A stretch of DNA of 64,000 bases from Takakia lepidozioides (taxonomy: Eukaryota > Plantae > Bryophyta), in contig CM060733.1 of assembly GCA_030704615.1 (NCBI GenBank), positions 61,008,001-61,072,000 on the forward strand, given 5' to 3'. The position numbers and the translations under genes are program-made. Below the pieces are notes generated by a model. That model did no database searches. It was given only the letters and a program-made list of their open reading frames with translations, and was not told where the DNA came from. Within the stretch, counting starts at the first letter, position 1; each line of letters starts with the position of its first letter. Below are positions 27,300-38,619 of the stretch, piece by piece.

Positions 27300-28177
27300 A
27301 GCAAAAGAACTAAGCTGCATGTTCTTCAAATCCAACCAAATCCCCCACAAGGTTCAAAGAAAACCGTCCCACATGACGCACGCTAGAGAACGCCTTGATG
27401 ATGGAAAGCCTGTCTGTTCTATGAGCATTTTTCAAATCTTCCTCGGTCATGCCCACTATGGCCTCTACCCAATCTACATACACCTGCACAATCTCATCCA
27501 CACCCTGAATGCTACCAGCTATGCAAACATGAAAGGAGTGACTTGCTATTTTGCAAGCATTACAAAAGAACAAGTCGTCATCCTGACGTGCTATGTCCTC
27601 GAGGCCACATGTGGCACACACTCGTTTGAAGGGTGGAGTGGAAGGTGATGTAAAAAATCCCTATAACCTGAAAAACAGAAAACCAGCAAAGGTGTTAGAG
27701 ATGAGAAGAGAATGCAATTGCAAACAAATAGAAAGATGAGAAACCTTGAAAATAAAAAGCGATCATTACCTAGGTAGTTATGTTATGTATTCCGTGGCTG
27801 TGTGGGCATTATGCACTCACTGCAAAGCGGCACATGTGTCATCATCCAAAACAAAAGCGAAAATGGTATAGGGGAATGTGACCAGCCGCACATCACCGCT
27901 CTGAGTTGTCCCAATGTTTTTGAAAAGTACATATGTAGCACCTCCCCTACGAAACTGCTGGACTAACTGCTCGTAGTCTGCATGGAACGCTGGCAGAAAA
28001 CTGACATGCATACACTCAAATAATACCATTACTACTCCATAATAAGTTTAAAATAGCATAACAAAGAAAAGACGAAAAAACAAACAAATGGTAAGAGACT
28101 TACAATCTGAATACCCAGCTGAAAAGGCCCATCCGCCACTGTCAGCTCGAAACGCTGTTCCACTTGACCGCGTACTC
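27300..28177 (-). pseudogene. Multi-exon RPA70-like (OB-fold + C4 zinc ribbon) remnant, probably Helitron-borne
   Basis: CATC-x14-CNAC followed by ...WVEAIVGMTEEDL, resembling the RPA1 DBD-C zinc ribbon and AEKIxGxSAxEL segment. GT-AG bounded pieces lie near 28103-28177, 27820-28040 and 27310-27667. One in-frame stop. Same strand as the RepHel fragments. Confidence 0.5.
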
Positions 28178-29262
28178 CTATAACCACCACAACAATAATG
28201 GCGGTAGCAAACTTCTCATGGAATCTTTTTGAGAATACACAATATTTGACACAAATTCTCCGTGGTGTACTTCTAGAGGTTGAGTCTCCTGAGTCACGTC
28301 TCCTGAAGCGAGGGTACGTCCGTGGATAACTTCACAAGTTGCAGGGTTTTCTTTCTTCATCAGCTCCAAATATTCTTGTTGAGCAAATTCTTTGTCGATA
28401 AAACATGTTGTAGCACCACTGTCTACTAAAGCTTCTATATGTATTACGCGTCCTGTGATATGTATATCTATAGGGACCGTGAAACTTGATACAGGGTCTA
28501 GGGGTATGAATAGACCCGTTGTCTTTCTTTGATTCGTATTGCCCAGCCGCAAGGCCCCTATTGGGACTGGACAACCTCGTTTTCCGCCTGGTCTGCTCCG
28601 TTGGTAATAGCTATGATTCGAACCTTGTACGTACTTTTGTTGTGACACTTGGATGCAATATGTCCAGGTTCTCCGCAATATAAACACAGTCCTAGCAGTC
28701 GGCGACGCTGTTTTTCTTCTGGCGTGAGAGGTTTGAATCGCATAGCATCCATCTGCATAGGTTCGTAATCTCTCGTTGAACTGCTGGGTGTCGTTTGTGG
28801 AGTGGGAGGTAGGGAGGTAGGCAGTCTCGCCAAATTGTCACGGACGAGATAGTGTTAAACTACAAACAAGATATCCGAGTAGAGAGGACTCAATAGAAAC
28901 TCAATGGATAGAACTGCAATATTTATATATGATAGAATAAGAACACAAGATGTTAGACTGGAACTAGAGAATACCTCAAGATTGTGTTGGCGAGACTGAG
29001 GGATCCTCTGTCTCGCCTCCTACTTATACTCCATATTCTAGTTCTCTAAGGATCCTTCTGGAAAAGCTTCCTTGATGCTAGGGAAGTTTCTCGGGAAGTT
29101 TCTCGGGAAGTTTCATAACCGCTTATAGACGAAGCTTCTTAAGAAGTTTCTTTATTTTGCAGGAAGTTTCTTGGGGAGTTTCTTAGCTAGCTTAGGGATC
29201 TTCTAGAAAGGTCTAGAAAATTATAGAATGAAGTTTCTAGAAGCTTCTAAGAAGGTCGTAGA
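28178..29262 (-). mobile_element. Ty3/gypsy (Tf1/Tcn1-like chromovirus) remnant: 5' LTR, self-priming PBS, partial gag and protease
   Basis: Gag EPMQMD...CLYCGEPGHIASKC zinc knuckle (28558-28833) and protease ALVDSGATTCFI in another frame. LTR 3' end (TGTCACGG on +) at 28836. PBS at 28822-28833 is complementary to LTR-internal 28987-28998. The LTR 5' boundary is approximate. Confidence 0.85.
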
Positions 29263-30231
29263 TGTATGGTGGGGTCAAAGCACACTAATAGGACCCAAAA
29301 ATGATGTCTCAAACTATTTTCCAACACATATGGAGCAATCGATCCGAATTTAGGATATCGAGTTCATTATGAAACCACAGACACATTATATCATTGGAAA
29401 ACCCTTGAAGTTCTTGTCATGCCCATATAAATGTTTTTGTGATTTGACAGGTTTAAGAGGTCCTAAAGGAGTCTTTAATAGCACAAGGTTTAAATGTCCC
29501 AAAATGTTGTAGTCCTTTAAGACTCATTTTCACACCCATAACATGTGAAGGTCCTATCAGGGATTTTCATGTGCTTATATAAGGTATGGAAGAATGCAAA
29601 AAAGACAATAGACCTGCAAAACCAGAAAAACCCATTATCATAGGAATTTTCTACTACGCGGTATACATGCAGCATAACTTAGGGGCACCAAACTTTGGTA
29701 CTACTAAACCTCAAAGTTTGAACATAGTTCTTTCACCAAAAGTGTTTAGCTACTGAAAAAAAAAAAGGCCATGTCCTTGAAATGGCTACAAGGTCCTCCA
29801 ATTTTGAATTTGAGGCTAAAATGAGTTCTTACAAATAGTGTATCATTCATTACAAATTATTTTAAAATTAAAAATATATCAAATAAACTCCTAAAAATTA
29901 TACGAGCATCTGCAGCACTGAAGTAGGCATCAAACACACCAAACTCGGCTTTGCGATGAGGGGAAAACAAATGGTGGCAAACGGAAGTCGAGTTAGTATC
30001 GTAAACTCAAAATTAGTGGTGTACGAGCAAAATTGGAGGTGTACAAGAGGCTGTACGAGCATCCGATAGATGGGGTTGAGGTGCCCACTATCATCTGTCA
30101 ATTTCATTACGTTTTCATCGCAACATGTCATATCCATGCGCCGCGGTGTAACGCGCCAGCAGTCAAAATTTAGTCATTTTCAGGAGTGTCAGTGGTACAC
30201 ATTAGCATGCTTTCACCCGGTGTACTTTTAT

Positions 30232-30935
30232 TTATGTTTGTGACAATGGATTGGTCGCCCCCACATGTCGTGGGCGGTTTTGCAATTGATAAGCTTCTAC
30301 AAATCTATGCTTCTCATCTACTGTAGCACAAATGTACATCATTGCAGCATTGTTCTTGGTGTCCCACACCTGTTCACTTTCCTCAGCTATCGCTACCACC
30401 CGAGTGTCTGATCCATCAATTATCCCTAGAAGTTTCTTAGTTTCTAAAACTATCTGCATTTGAAATTTCCGCATCTGAAAGTTTTCCCCATGGAAGCGCA
30501 TAATGTGTGTAAGATCTTTTACGTCTACCCTAGTTCACATTGATCTATGTGTATGCAACTATCATGCTTAATCTAGCTCTGTGTATTAGTTGCAGTAATA
30601 TATATCATTTGTTTACATTCATCCTAGTTTTCACCAAGTTATGGGCCCACATGACTCATGTTAGTTGCACGTAAAAGAGTAACTAATACTGCAGAGCAAA
30701 GATGTAATGTTCAAACAAGAGAAATGTTAGACACGGCAACCGTAAGACTATGAAGATGAGATGGATTTGGCTACTTTCGTAAAGTTGGTGAGAAAGAGGA
30801 GACCAATAAGACTATCTACCAAGAAGGGACAAAGTCACCAGTCACTAGAAGTCACTAGTCTAATGGTCAGGGTATAGTCAGCTGAAGTATGAGTTGTGAG
30901 ATGTCTGACTGATACATCATGAATATATTTCTATA
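30232..30935 (-). mobile_element. Copia 5' LTR + PBS + gag N-terminus (inverted part of the copia element at 33511-35571)
   Basis: Reverse complement of 30935-30670 aligns with the LTR at 35194-35571. Copia gag FHGENFQMRKFQM...LLGIIDGS...W...AAMMYI at 30232-30501. Copia-type PBS AGTTATGGGCCCA at about 30637-30649. Confidence 0.85.
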
Positions 30936-31929
30936 GCAATCCAATTGGCACTCATGGCTCCAAGTTGACCCTTCTTACCTCAGCATACTCCGATCTCTCG
31001 TGAGGAGGTCATCAGACAACCTTTTTTTTTGCAACTACAATAGAATATATGGACTCTTCTATCCAATAAATGTTGGGCTCTATGGGAGGCGTTAGGGATA
31101 TATCACCTGGCGGGGAATGCTAGACCATGAAAGGCTCACGTGAGCAAAAACTTCTGGGAGCGAAAAACTGCTCACGTTCCCAGGCTAACGTTCAAAGCAG
31201 AGGGTCTATGACACCACAACTACAGAGGGCCTATTATCGCAAGTGGGAGATGTGAAAAATAAGCATCTTCTAGGTTTGGGGTTGCTACAAAACAAGTGTG
31301 CATTGACGCACACTTGTTTTCCATCCCCAATCAAAACCAGAAAAAGAGTTTTATTTTTTATTTTTTTATTTTTTTATTTTTTTTAATAAATTTTATTGGT
31401 CTGGTGGACGGGCGTGAGTTTCTGGTGTGCGTTTTTTATTTTTTAAAAACGCTTATTTTTTCTTTGGGTTGTCGGGGTTGCAAAGCAGGTATGCGCCAAC
31501 GAATCTATTGCAACTAAAAAAAACATTTATTTATTTCTTTAAAGTAAAATAAAATAGAAAACCTTCAGCAAACGTCGGCACAAATAAATATCACTTCACC
31601 ATTCGACTACAACCTCTTATTGGAGATGAGCCATCTCAATTCCCCTACAATAAAAATAGACAAACCATGCACACGTGGGGGGGCCGAGGTGGAAGAAGTT
31701 GACGGTTCCTGAGCTACGGGGTTGGATTGGTATCTGTGTTTTTATAATGGGGATCAAGAAGCTACCTAAAACCAGATGTTACTGACAACACTCTGAAGTG
31801 TTTTTCTCATGCACTGTCATTCGCAAAGTCATAACCCGTGACATGTATGAGGCCATACTTCGTTGTTTGTATATGATTGGTGGACAACACAACGTCATCT
31901 CGTAGGAGTCCTCAATTTCTTCTCATGTT

Positions 31930-33506
31930 AGCGTGAGACGATTTGTGGGACACCAGAAAGTATTTGTGTCATCTGTGCCTGCCCATGTGCAATATCAAAC
32001 CTATATGCAAGAAGTAGATGTACAAGACCAGCTTCGGGGAGCCTATAGTTTGCAGCTGCGCACAAAGAAGTGGTTGCATCGGCTCTTCTTCTTTCTTATG
32101 GACACAACCTTGGTGAATGCATACATCTTGCATTCAGCCCATGTCATATAGATGGGTCGGAGGCCCATGAACCATTTAGAGTTCAATCTGACTGTGGCAT
32201 ACGCCTTGACAGCAGGTCAGTGCACTGACAACATGGACAATATGGGGAGACAACTCTTGCACATTTGTGCATCAATGTCTTCACACACCACATCGGCGGT
32301 TGTGTGTTGTATGTCATGTCCGCAGTCACTACTACTGCCCTGGATGTGACGGCAACGACATATGCCTTGGTATTTGCTGGAATATTGATGCACGCCGTTA
32401 TGGAACGAGGTGACTATTGCATGCATTCGTTTGTTCCAGGCTTTTTGTGTTGGTGTTGTTTGTTTGTGTTGGGTGTTCAATGGACTGTTGGGATGGGTTG
32501 GAAGGTGTGTTGTTCATGGATCAGGAGGAGTACATGTGTGCGTGTGTGCATGTGGCATGGGTTGTTGTGCCATGGCAGAGTGTTGATGGCTGAGGGTGGC
32601 GTGGTCTGTGTTTGGGGCCAAGGATTTTGGGGTGTTGAGTGTGGGTGTTTGGGGGCTGTTTGGGGAAGGGGGGTACAGTGCAGCTTGCTGGTGAGGTTTG
32701 AATGCTTGGGGTGATGCTTGATGCTTGGGGGAGAGGCCGGGGGAGAGAACTGTCTGTACAGAGGGCAGATCAGGGGGTTCAACTCTCCCTCAGTTCGGTG
32801 GTTTCGTTTTGAGTATGGAGAGTGTTGTGAGGTTGGGCGTGATGGGGATGCTCGGGAGGCAGACCCTGCGTAGGAGTACACGGCATGTTGGGAAGCGGTT
32901 GGCTGTTGGTAGGTGATTGAGGGAGAACGATGGCCGGAGTTTTTTGCCTTGAAATGTCCACCAGCGCAGGCAATTGTTGGCCGGAACTGGGATTCAAGTA
33001 AGAAGTTGGTTTTTTGGCAATCTCTACATGCAAACAACTTAGAAAGTGAAATTTTTTGTCCAGGTACTCAGTATGTAAGCTAGCAACAATACGACCAAAG
33101 GAATTTTGCTTCCCTCACAAATTGGAACACATTTGGGGTGATGTGGGGATCCCATGATAGAAATAGGCATTTTTACCCTCCTGTTTTCCCATACAAATCA
33201 ACCAGTAGGTGCCATATAATCTGAATTTGGGTAGTTTGTATCAATGAAAATAAAAAGGTAGGGATTTTACTTAATTTTCCGCTATGAAAATAGATCCTGC
33301 CAGAAAATATGGCCTAGGACTTCTGTTATAATCTTCCTAATTAGACGGTCAAATCTCTTGAGATTCTTACATGAGGTGCATGAAGTAGGTAGGATCACTT
33401 TGGTACAGTTCATCCCCTCGGATGTTTGTCAAATGAGATATATATCCATGAGGGTATGTCCGGTTTTGGATGCGGCCCCACAAAAAACATGCTCGTCCTC
33501 AAGGGG
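31930..33506 (+). mobile_element. piggyBac element, 3' part: transposase C-terminus and right TIR, inserted at TTAA in copia RT
   Basis: YQTYMQEVDVQDQLRGAYSLQLRTKKWLHRLFFFLMDTTLVNAYILH matches the third-Asp region of piggyBac transposases. The Cys-rich tail RRLCVVCHVRSHYYCPGCDGNDICLGICW lies at ~32294-32380. The end ...GTCCTCAAGGGG|TTAA at 33506 is followed directly by copia RT sequence. Confidence 0.85.
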
Positions 33507-33510
33507 TTAA

Positions 33511-35571
33511 TGAAATTCTTAGTGAGATATGAGCTCCAAACCAGCTTTGCAGATCTGTGTTTATTGGAGCTCAAGGGGATCTAAGATCATCACAACCATT
33601 TTTGTAGATGATGGATTTGTATGCAAGGTCGACCGAGCAACAACCAATGAGATGATGGATTGTCTTATAAGTAAGATTTTTGAGGTTACATACAATAAGG
33701 CAGATTGCTAGGTTGGGCTTCAAATCACTAGGACAGACCTCTATGTAGGATTTTTCTCAGCCAAGCGCTCGATACATTTTAATCATCGTGCAGCGGTCTA
33801 GCTTGCAAGATGCTTGCCTATGTCCGTTCCTACAAACCCTAATTCCCAGTTAAGACCGTCCTCGGATCCTACTGATGATATTCAGGATGAAATGGAGAGT
33901 GTGTTGTATTATAGAGCAGTTGGAAGTCGCATGTTTGCCATGATAGGCACTCGGCCTGACATTGGATGTGCCGTGAGCATTGTGGCAAAATTTAGTGCCA
34001 AAACGAGAGCATTGGAGGTTGTGAAACGTATGTTCAAGTATCTCAACAAATCTAGAAGTGGATATGTTTTCATCCTAAATGGTGGGGCAATAGCGTGGAT
34101 CAGCCAACATCAGCAACGCACATCAACTTTCGCAACTGAGGCTGATATGCAGCAGCATGCACTGCTACCAAGGAAGCAGCATGGCTTCGCAGGCTCTTAC
34201 GTAACATTGGTTTTGGGCAAGGACATTGGCTCTGTGCAGCGACAATATGTATAGGGAATGGGCAAGCCGCTGGCGACTTTGCAAGGTAAGCTGCCTGATG
34301 AGCTAAGGGCGAGCCGGGCGGCGCACCCGCAGACCCAACGGCGCGCCCGTTCTTTATTGTTAAGGAATTTTGGGGCAGATTATGCGCCCCTTGAGCCAAT
34401 TAGAGGTTGCAGACTTAATGAAGTCAAACTGACAAGTTATACCCACTCATTATGCGCATCTGCACCATCATGGCGCATTCTGTTTTTTAGTTTGCCTCTA
34501 AAACGACACAATCTGCCTCAAAAATCGGCACACAGTCCAGAGTTTCATAAGCGCACCAAACATATCGATGTGTAGTATCATTGGTATACTACACTCGAGA
34601 GAAGCAAAGTAGAAAAGGTCATTGACATCAAGTATATCAGTGCAGATATTCTTTTAAAGGCTCTGGCGTTGAGAAGTTTAACAAATTTCGCGATGCATGT
34701 GTGTAGTAATTGAGTAATTGTTGTTGTTGCATAGTAAGAGACTTTTTAATTAGATGATGGTTCAAGTTCCAAATTTTTATTTTCTAAGGGGGCCCTGCTT
34801 GCAGAGCCGACCAAAGGGAATCCTAATAAAATGTATACTCCTTCCTTGGAGGCGGTGGTGGAGCCTTCTAGAAGGGGCCCCACCGCCTCATCCGGTTGCC
34901 TCTGGAAAGCTCTAGAAGTAGAAGGAGGGCGTAGAGGTGTCTTCTACGCATTTCTTGGGGCCACCGTCCCATCCCATGCCGTATAAAAAAACTGTCCAGC
35001 TGTCTACCTCCCATCGACCCCTCCTACTTCTACGCTAGAGCCTCCCGCGGCCCCACTGATTGGCTCTTCCCACAGCGTCAGGTTGCCTGACCTTCCCAAA
35101 CTGGCCAAATGAATTGGGGTTCATAGTGGCTGATGAAATTACTTGCGATTTTGGAGTGGGCGATTTTGGAGTGGTTGATTCGATGAGTGGGAGTGTAGAA
35201 ATATATTCATGATATATTATCAGTCAGACAGACATCTCATTTCAGTTGACTATATCCTTGGGCGTTAGACTAGTGACTTCCAGATACAGCTAGTGATTAG
35301 TGACTTTGTCCCTTCTTGATAGATAGCCTTCTTGGTTTGTGAACTTGTTTGCACTGTGTCTATTAGTCTTTAGTGATCACACTTGTGGATGTCCTCTTTC
35401 TCACCAGCTTTACGATTGTAGCCAGATTCATCTTGTCTTGTCTTCATAGTCGAATGCCCTGTCTAGCATTTCTTTTGTTTGAGCATTGCAGCTTTGCTCT
35501 GCATTATTAGTTACTCTCTTATAGTTGTAGTAATATATACCATTTGATTGCATTCATCACAATTTTCATCA
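33511..35571 (+). mobile_element. Copia RT/RNase H remnant, PPT and 3' LTR (35194-35571)
   Basis: TIFVDDG, AVGSRMFAMIGTRPDIGCAVS, KSRSGYVFILNGGAIAWIS, HSPEFHKRTKHIDV. PPT GAGTGGGAG then TGTAGAAA...TTTTCATCA, followed by ATTGC. An unrelated ~260-bp insert sits at ~34247-34508. Confidence 0.9.
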
Positions 35572-36781
35572 ATTGCCAGGCATGAGAGCCAAGAACTAGT
35601 TTATAACAATTACACATCGTAAGGAGTGTGGCCAAGCTGATCTGGGCGATGGGGTAGAAGCAATAATAATGTGTTCACACACCACACCAACAGACTCCAG
35701 GGGCTGCGGATGTGGGTAAGAATTCTAGGTAGCCAAAGCCACAAATAGAGTCTGGGGGTTTATAACTACAAAAACCGACATATTTCATTTCTTGTGTAAT
35801 TTTTTGGCCAAGCTTACAAGAGCTAGCTCGGGTCCAGTAAGACGAGATTGCACCCCGTGAGAAATTTCGGCTTACAAGCTCTTGTAAGGTTCGGACTAAA
35901 GCTTTAATCTGGCAGCTCATGGCCGAGCTAGGTAACTACACCTGTAGTAACATTTGGTTCACCATCACAGTTCTACCTATGATAGAGAAATTAATGTATG
36001 CAACTCCAGTAGGCAAGCTTCCTTCTGATATTTGTAATAACAAATGTACGTCGAGAATGGTCGACCAAATTATGACCAATTAATTGGCCAAGCAGAACGT
36101 GAAACTGACCATCACGCACAGGTCGTCTAAATCCTGCCGCCATGAAATGTAACGTTCCGTTGACAAAAACATAGACAAACCAGGACTTTTTCAGAACCTG
36201 TCAACACAGCGAAAGGCCCCAATATGGGGAAATAACCCTAAACATTCGTGCAGATCTGAGGTTACACGTTCTGCTGGAAAGTAAGTAGACACAAGGAAAT
36301 GTTCTGTGCTTCATTTTCTCGAGAGCTGCGACAAGTGATTGTGTAACCCCACATCTGTATTTTCATCTACATGCGCAATCATAAAAATTTCGCTAATTTC
36401 GACTCGATATCCAGCATGCAGCTGTTTGTACATACAATGGATGCCATTCTGATCACCAGTGGTACATTCGAACCCATTCAAACTGGATTACACACAACCG
36501 TCTACAGTTCTATCCACACACACCAATTCTGAATGATTTTAACGCAGAAGAATCTGCAATTTCATTAGACCATCGCCATATTCACATGATTGTGTTGACC
36601 AATTGATCAGTTCGAATTAAACCTCATTGCTATAATCAAAATGTGCTGGTGTCAAACTAAGCACTATGCTTGCTCACTACTGCCATCTACAAAGGTATTC
36701 AAGTAAGTTTGTGGGCAACCTTCGGCAACTCCCAACAACTACGAATCGCGGCACGAAAATCACGATCTCACTGTAGAGCTT

Positions 36782-37934
36782 TTACTGATTTCCACTTCCA
36801 GTCAAGGTCTCCTTCACAGTCTGAAACGTATTGGCCACCGCGTCGCCAGTCTGAACATTATCAGTTTCCACCGAGATCAATGTCAGCCCAATACAAGTTT
36901 GCTACAAACATTCAGATACTGTAAGCAACCCAGATCGTCAAAATTCATCTTCGTCCAGAGTCGTGGTCAACACCATCCACCTATGAAGTCGTAAAATCAG
37001 AAATCCCTTCAGTGTTTTGATCTATTAAACCGAAAATGACAAAAGCAAATAAATATGTTGCGGATGTACCTTCTGAAGAATGTTGCCAGAAGTGTCTCTA
37101 GCCTGAGCAGCCGTATCCTGTGCAGCTTGTGCGGTGTAAGAAGCGGCGTTCTTTGTCTTCTCCACCGCAGCCTGGGCGTATTCTTGTGTTGTACCGGCTA
37201 TGCCTTGAGCTGTCTGTTGAGTGGCATCCTTAGCCTGATAAGCCTTATCTTCTGCAGCGCGGGCGTATTCTTGTGTTGTACCGGCTATGCCTTGACCCGT
37301 CTGTTGAGTGGCATCCTTAGCCTGATAAGCCTTATCTTGTGCAGCTTGCGTGGTATTAGAAGCGCCTTTCTTTGTCTGGTCCACCGCTGCGCGGGTATAA
37401 TCTTGTGCTGCACCGGCTACGCCCTGAGCCTTCTCTTGAGTGGCCCCAGCTACACCTTGAGCCTTGTCTTTAGTGGCCCCAGCAGCCTTCTGTTGGTGAC
37501 ACAACATTTCAACAGATCAGCCTTTGCAGAGACTTTTAAGAGAATGACAAACATAACCGTATGATCATGACAAAACCACAACTTTCCCAATCGAGTGCCG
37601 CCAACCCACGTCCGCAAGACCACTCTCAATGTCACTCAGAAGCAGCTCGCGTCCTATCAGATCATAGCTCTAACAGACGATTGAATGCTATGTACAGCCA
37701 CAACCTGTCCTTCTTCCTCAACCCCACACGCGACTCACTTACAACCCTCCGTGAACAACAATCCCGTTACTACACTAAAATGTACCTTAAGACTACAGTC
37801 CCCAGCAAGAGGCTATAGCCAGACAGACAAACCTGAGTAGTGCCCTTGGCCTCTCCAGCCTTCGTCGCTGCATAGTTTTTAGTGTCCTCCGTCGTCTTGG
37901 CTGCAGAGTTCTTCGTGCTCTTGAAGTCCGACAT
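36782..37934 (-). CDS. Group 3 LEA protein (LEA_4-type), 3 exons, 196 aa
   Basis: Exons 37934-37833 (MSDFKST...KGTTQ), 37489-37070 and 36850-36782 (TGDAVANTFQTVKETLTGSGNQ*), all phase 0 GT-AG. Ala/Thr/Gln/Lys-rich 11-mer repeats (AGATKDKAQGV, AGATQEKAQGV, TQAAQDKAYQA). Internal 87-bp duplication. Confidence 0.93.
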
Positions 37935-38068
37935 TTTCAAGTTGGAGAGTAGACAGAAACTTAAGGCACAAAAGTAAGACAACAAGTATCAATGCGGGTT
38001 AAGAGTAGGTAGTCAAGGAACGACGAGTGGGAGTGAATGATTGATGTGTAGAATTCAGAGAGAGCTCG

Positions 38069-38348
38069 ATTATAAGCTCTTGTCAGCGCCATGGCTGCTC
38101 AGATCGGAACGTAGTGGACAACCCACGATCAACCCAAGTGCCAAGCAGGCAGACATCCACTTGTCCGGCAAAGGTGCATGCCCGCCACGCACAGCCCGCA
38201 TCGCATGCTCGAGCAAGCAGCTCAAGCGCAGCCCACGCATCTCCTCCGCACTTCCTTCACGAACAATGCGGCTCTCCTCCGATCGCTGCGGGAGCATCTC
38301 TTTTGGGAGAGAACGATACGCTTGGAGGTGTGGCAGATTGACACGTGC
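38069..38348 (-). promoter_or_regulatory. LEA proximal promoter: TATA-like box and ABRE/G-box
   Basis: TTATAAT on the minus strand at ~38069-38075, about 135 bp upstream of the ATG. GACACGTG at 38340-38347 is a CACGTGTC ABRE. ABREs are typical of LEA promoters. Confidence 0.55.
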
Positions 38349-38619
38349 GAGGAGCGACCGCTATGTACATGCTTAACTTCCACGACTGTATTGGGGCGCA
38401 CATGTCGTCCTCCCCACTTGCCAACTGTGCCGTCACTTTGCTTCTCTAAGTTTCTATGAATGCCAAGTGTGAAGTCGAAATCATGAGCGACTGTCAGACT
38501 GGATGAGGAATCAAGTTGGAAAGGAATGTGAGGTTTCAGTAGATTCTGTCTGAAGTCGACTTTACAAATCCCTATAGGCATGCGTTGTTGTGTGCAGTGA
38601 GGGACCGATGATGCCCGCG

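Larger units (their letters stand above)
21510..28177 (-). mobile_element. Decayed, internally deleted Helitron-like element of Helentron/HLE2 type (OTU + DUF6570-like + HUH Rep + Pif1 helicase) with an upstream RPA1-like gene
   Basis: Minus-strand fragments: VGDCLFDSVAY...LQRPIRLW (OTU-like, 26040-26585); CMRCHR...CRSC...LEERLIAPRMTF...GIRGSIIN (25264-25710); EELNFPTLFFG; AMIRQLGPPTSFVTFTSAE (Rep motif 1, ~24600); HDHSMLWI (HUH, ~24320); QTHQHKRTCRKK; FLNAQQMSAQ; RTQVPIQLAAARTIHRSQGLTLD...YTTLSRI (helicase, 22990-23150). Tandem subterminal repeats at 22200-22950. Both boundaries are approximate. Confidence 0.85.

Noticed and set aside
32265-33037. Long ORFs on both strands (149 and 186 aa)
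   Set aside because: Low-complexity GT-rich non-coding part of the piggyBac element, with no recognisable domain.
37055-37564. 169-aa plus-strand ORF
   Set aside because: Antisense shadow of the repetitive LEA exon 2.
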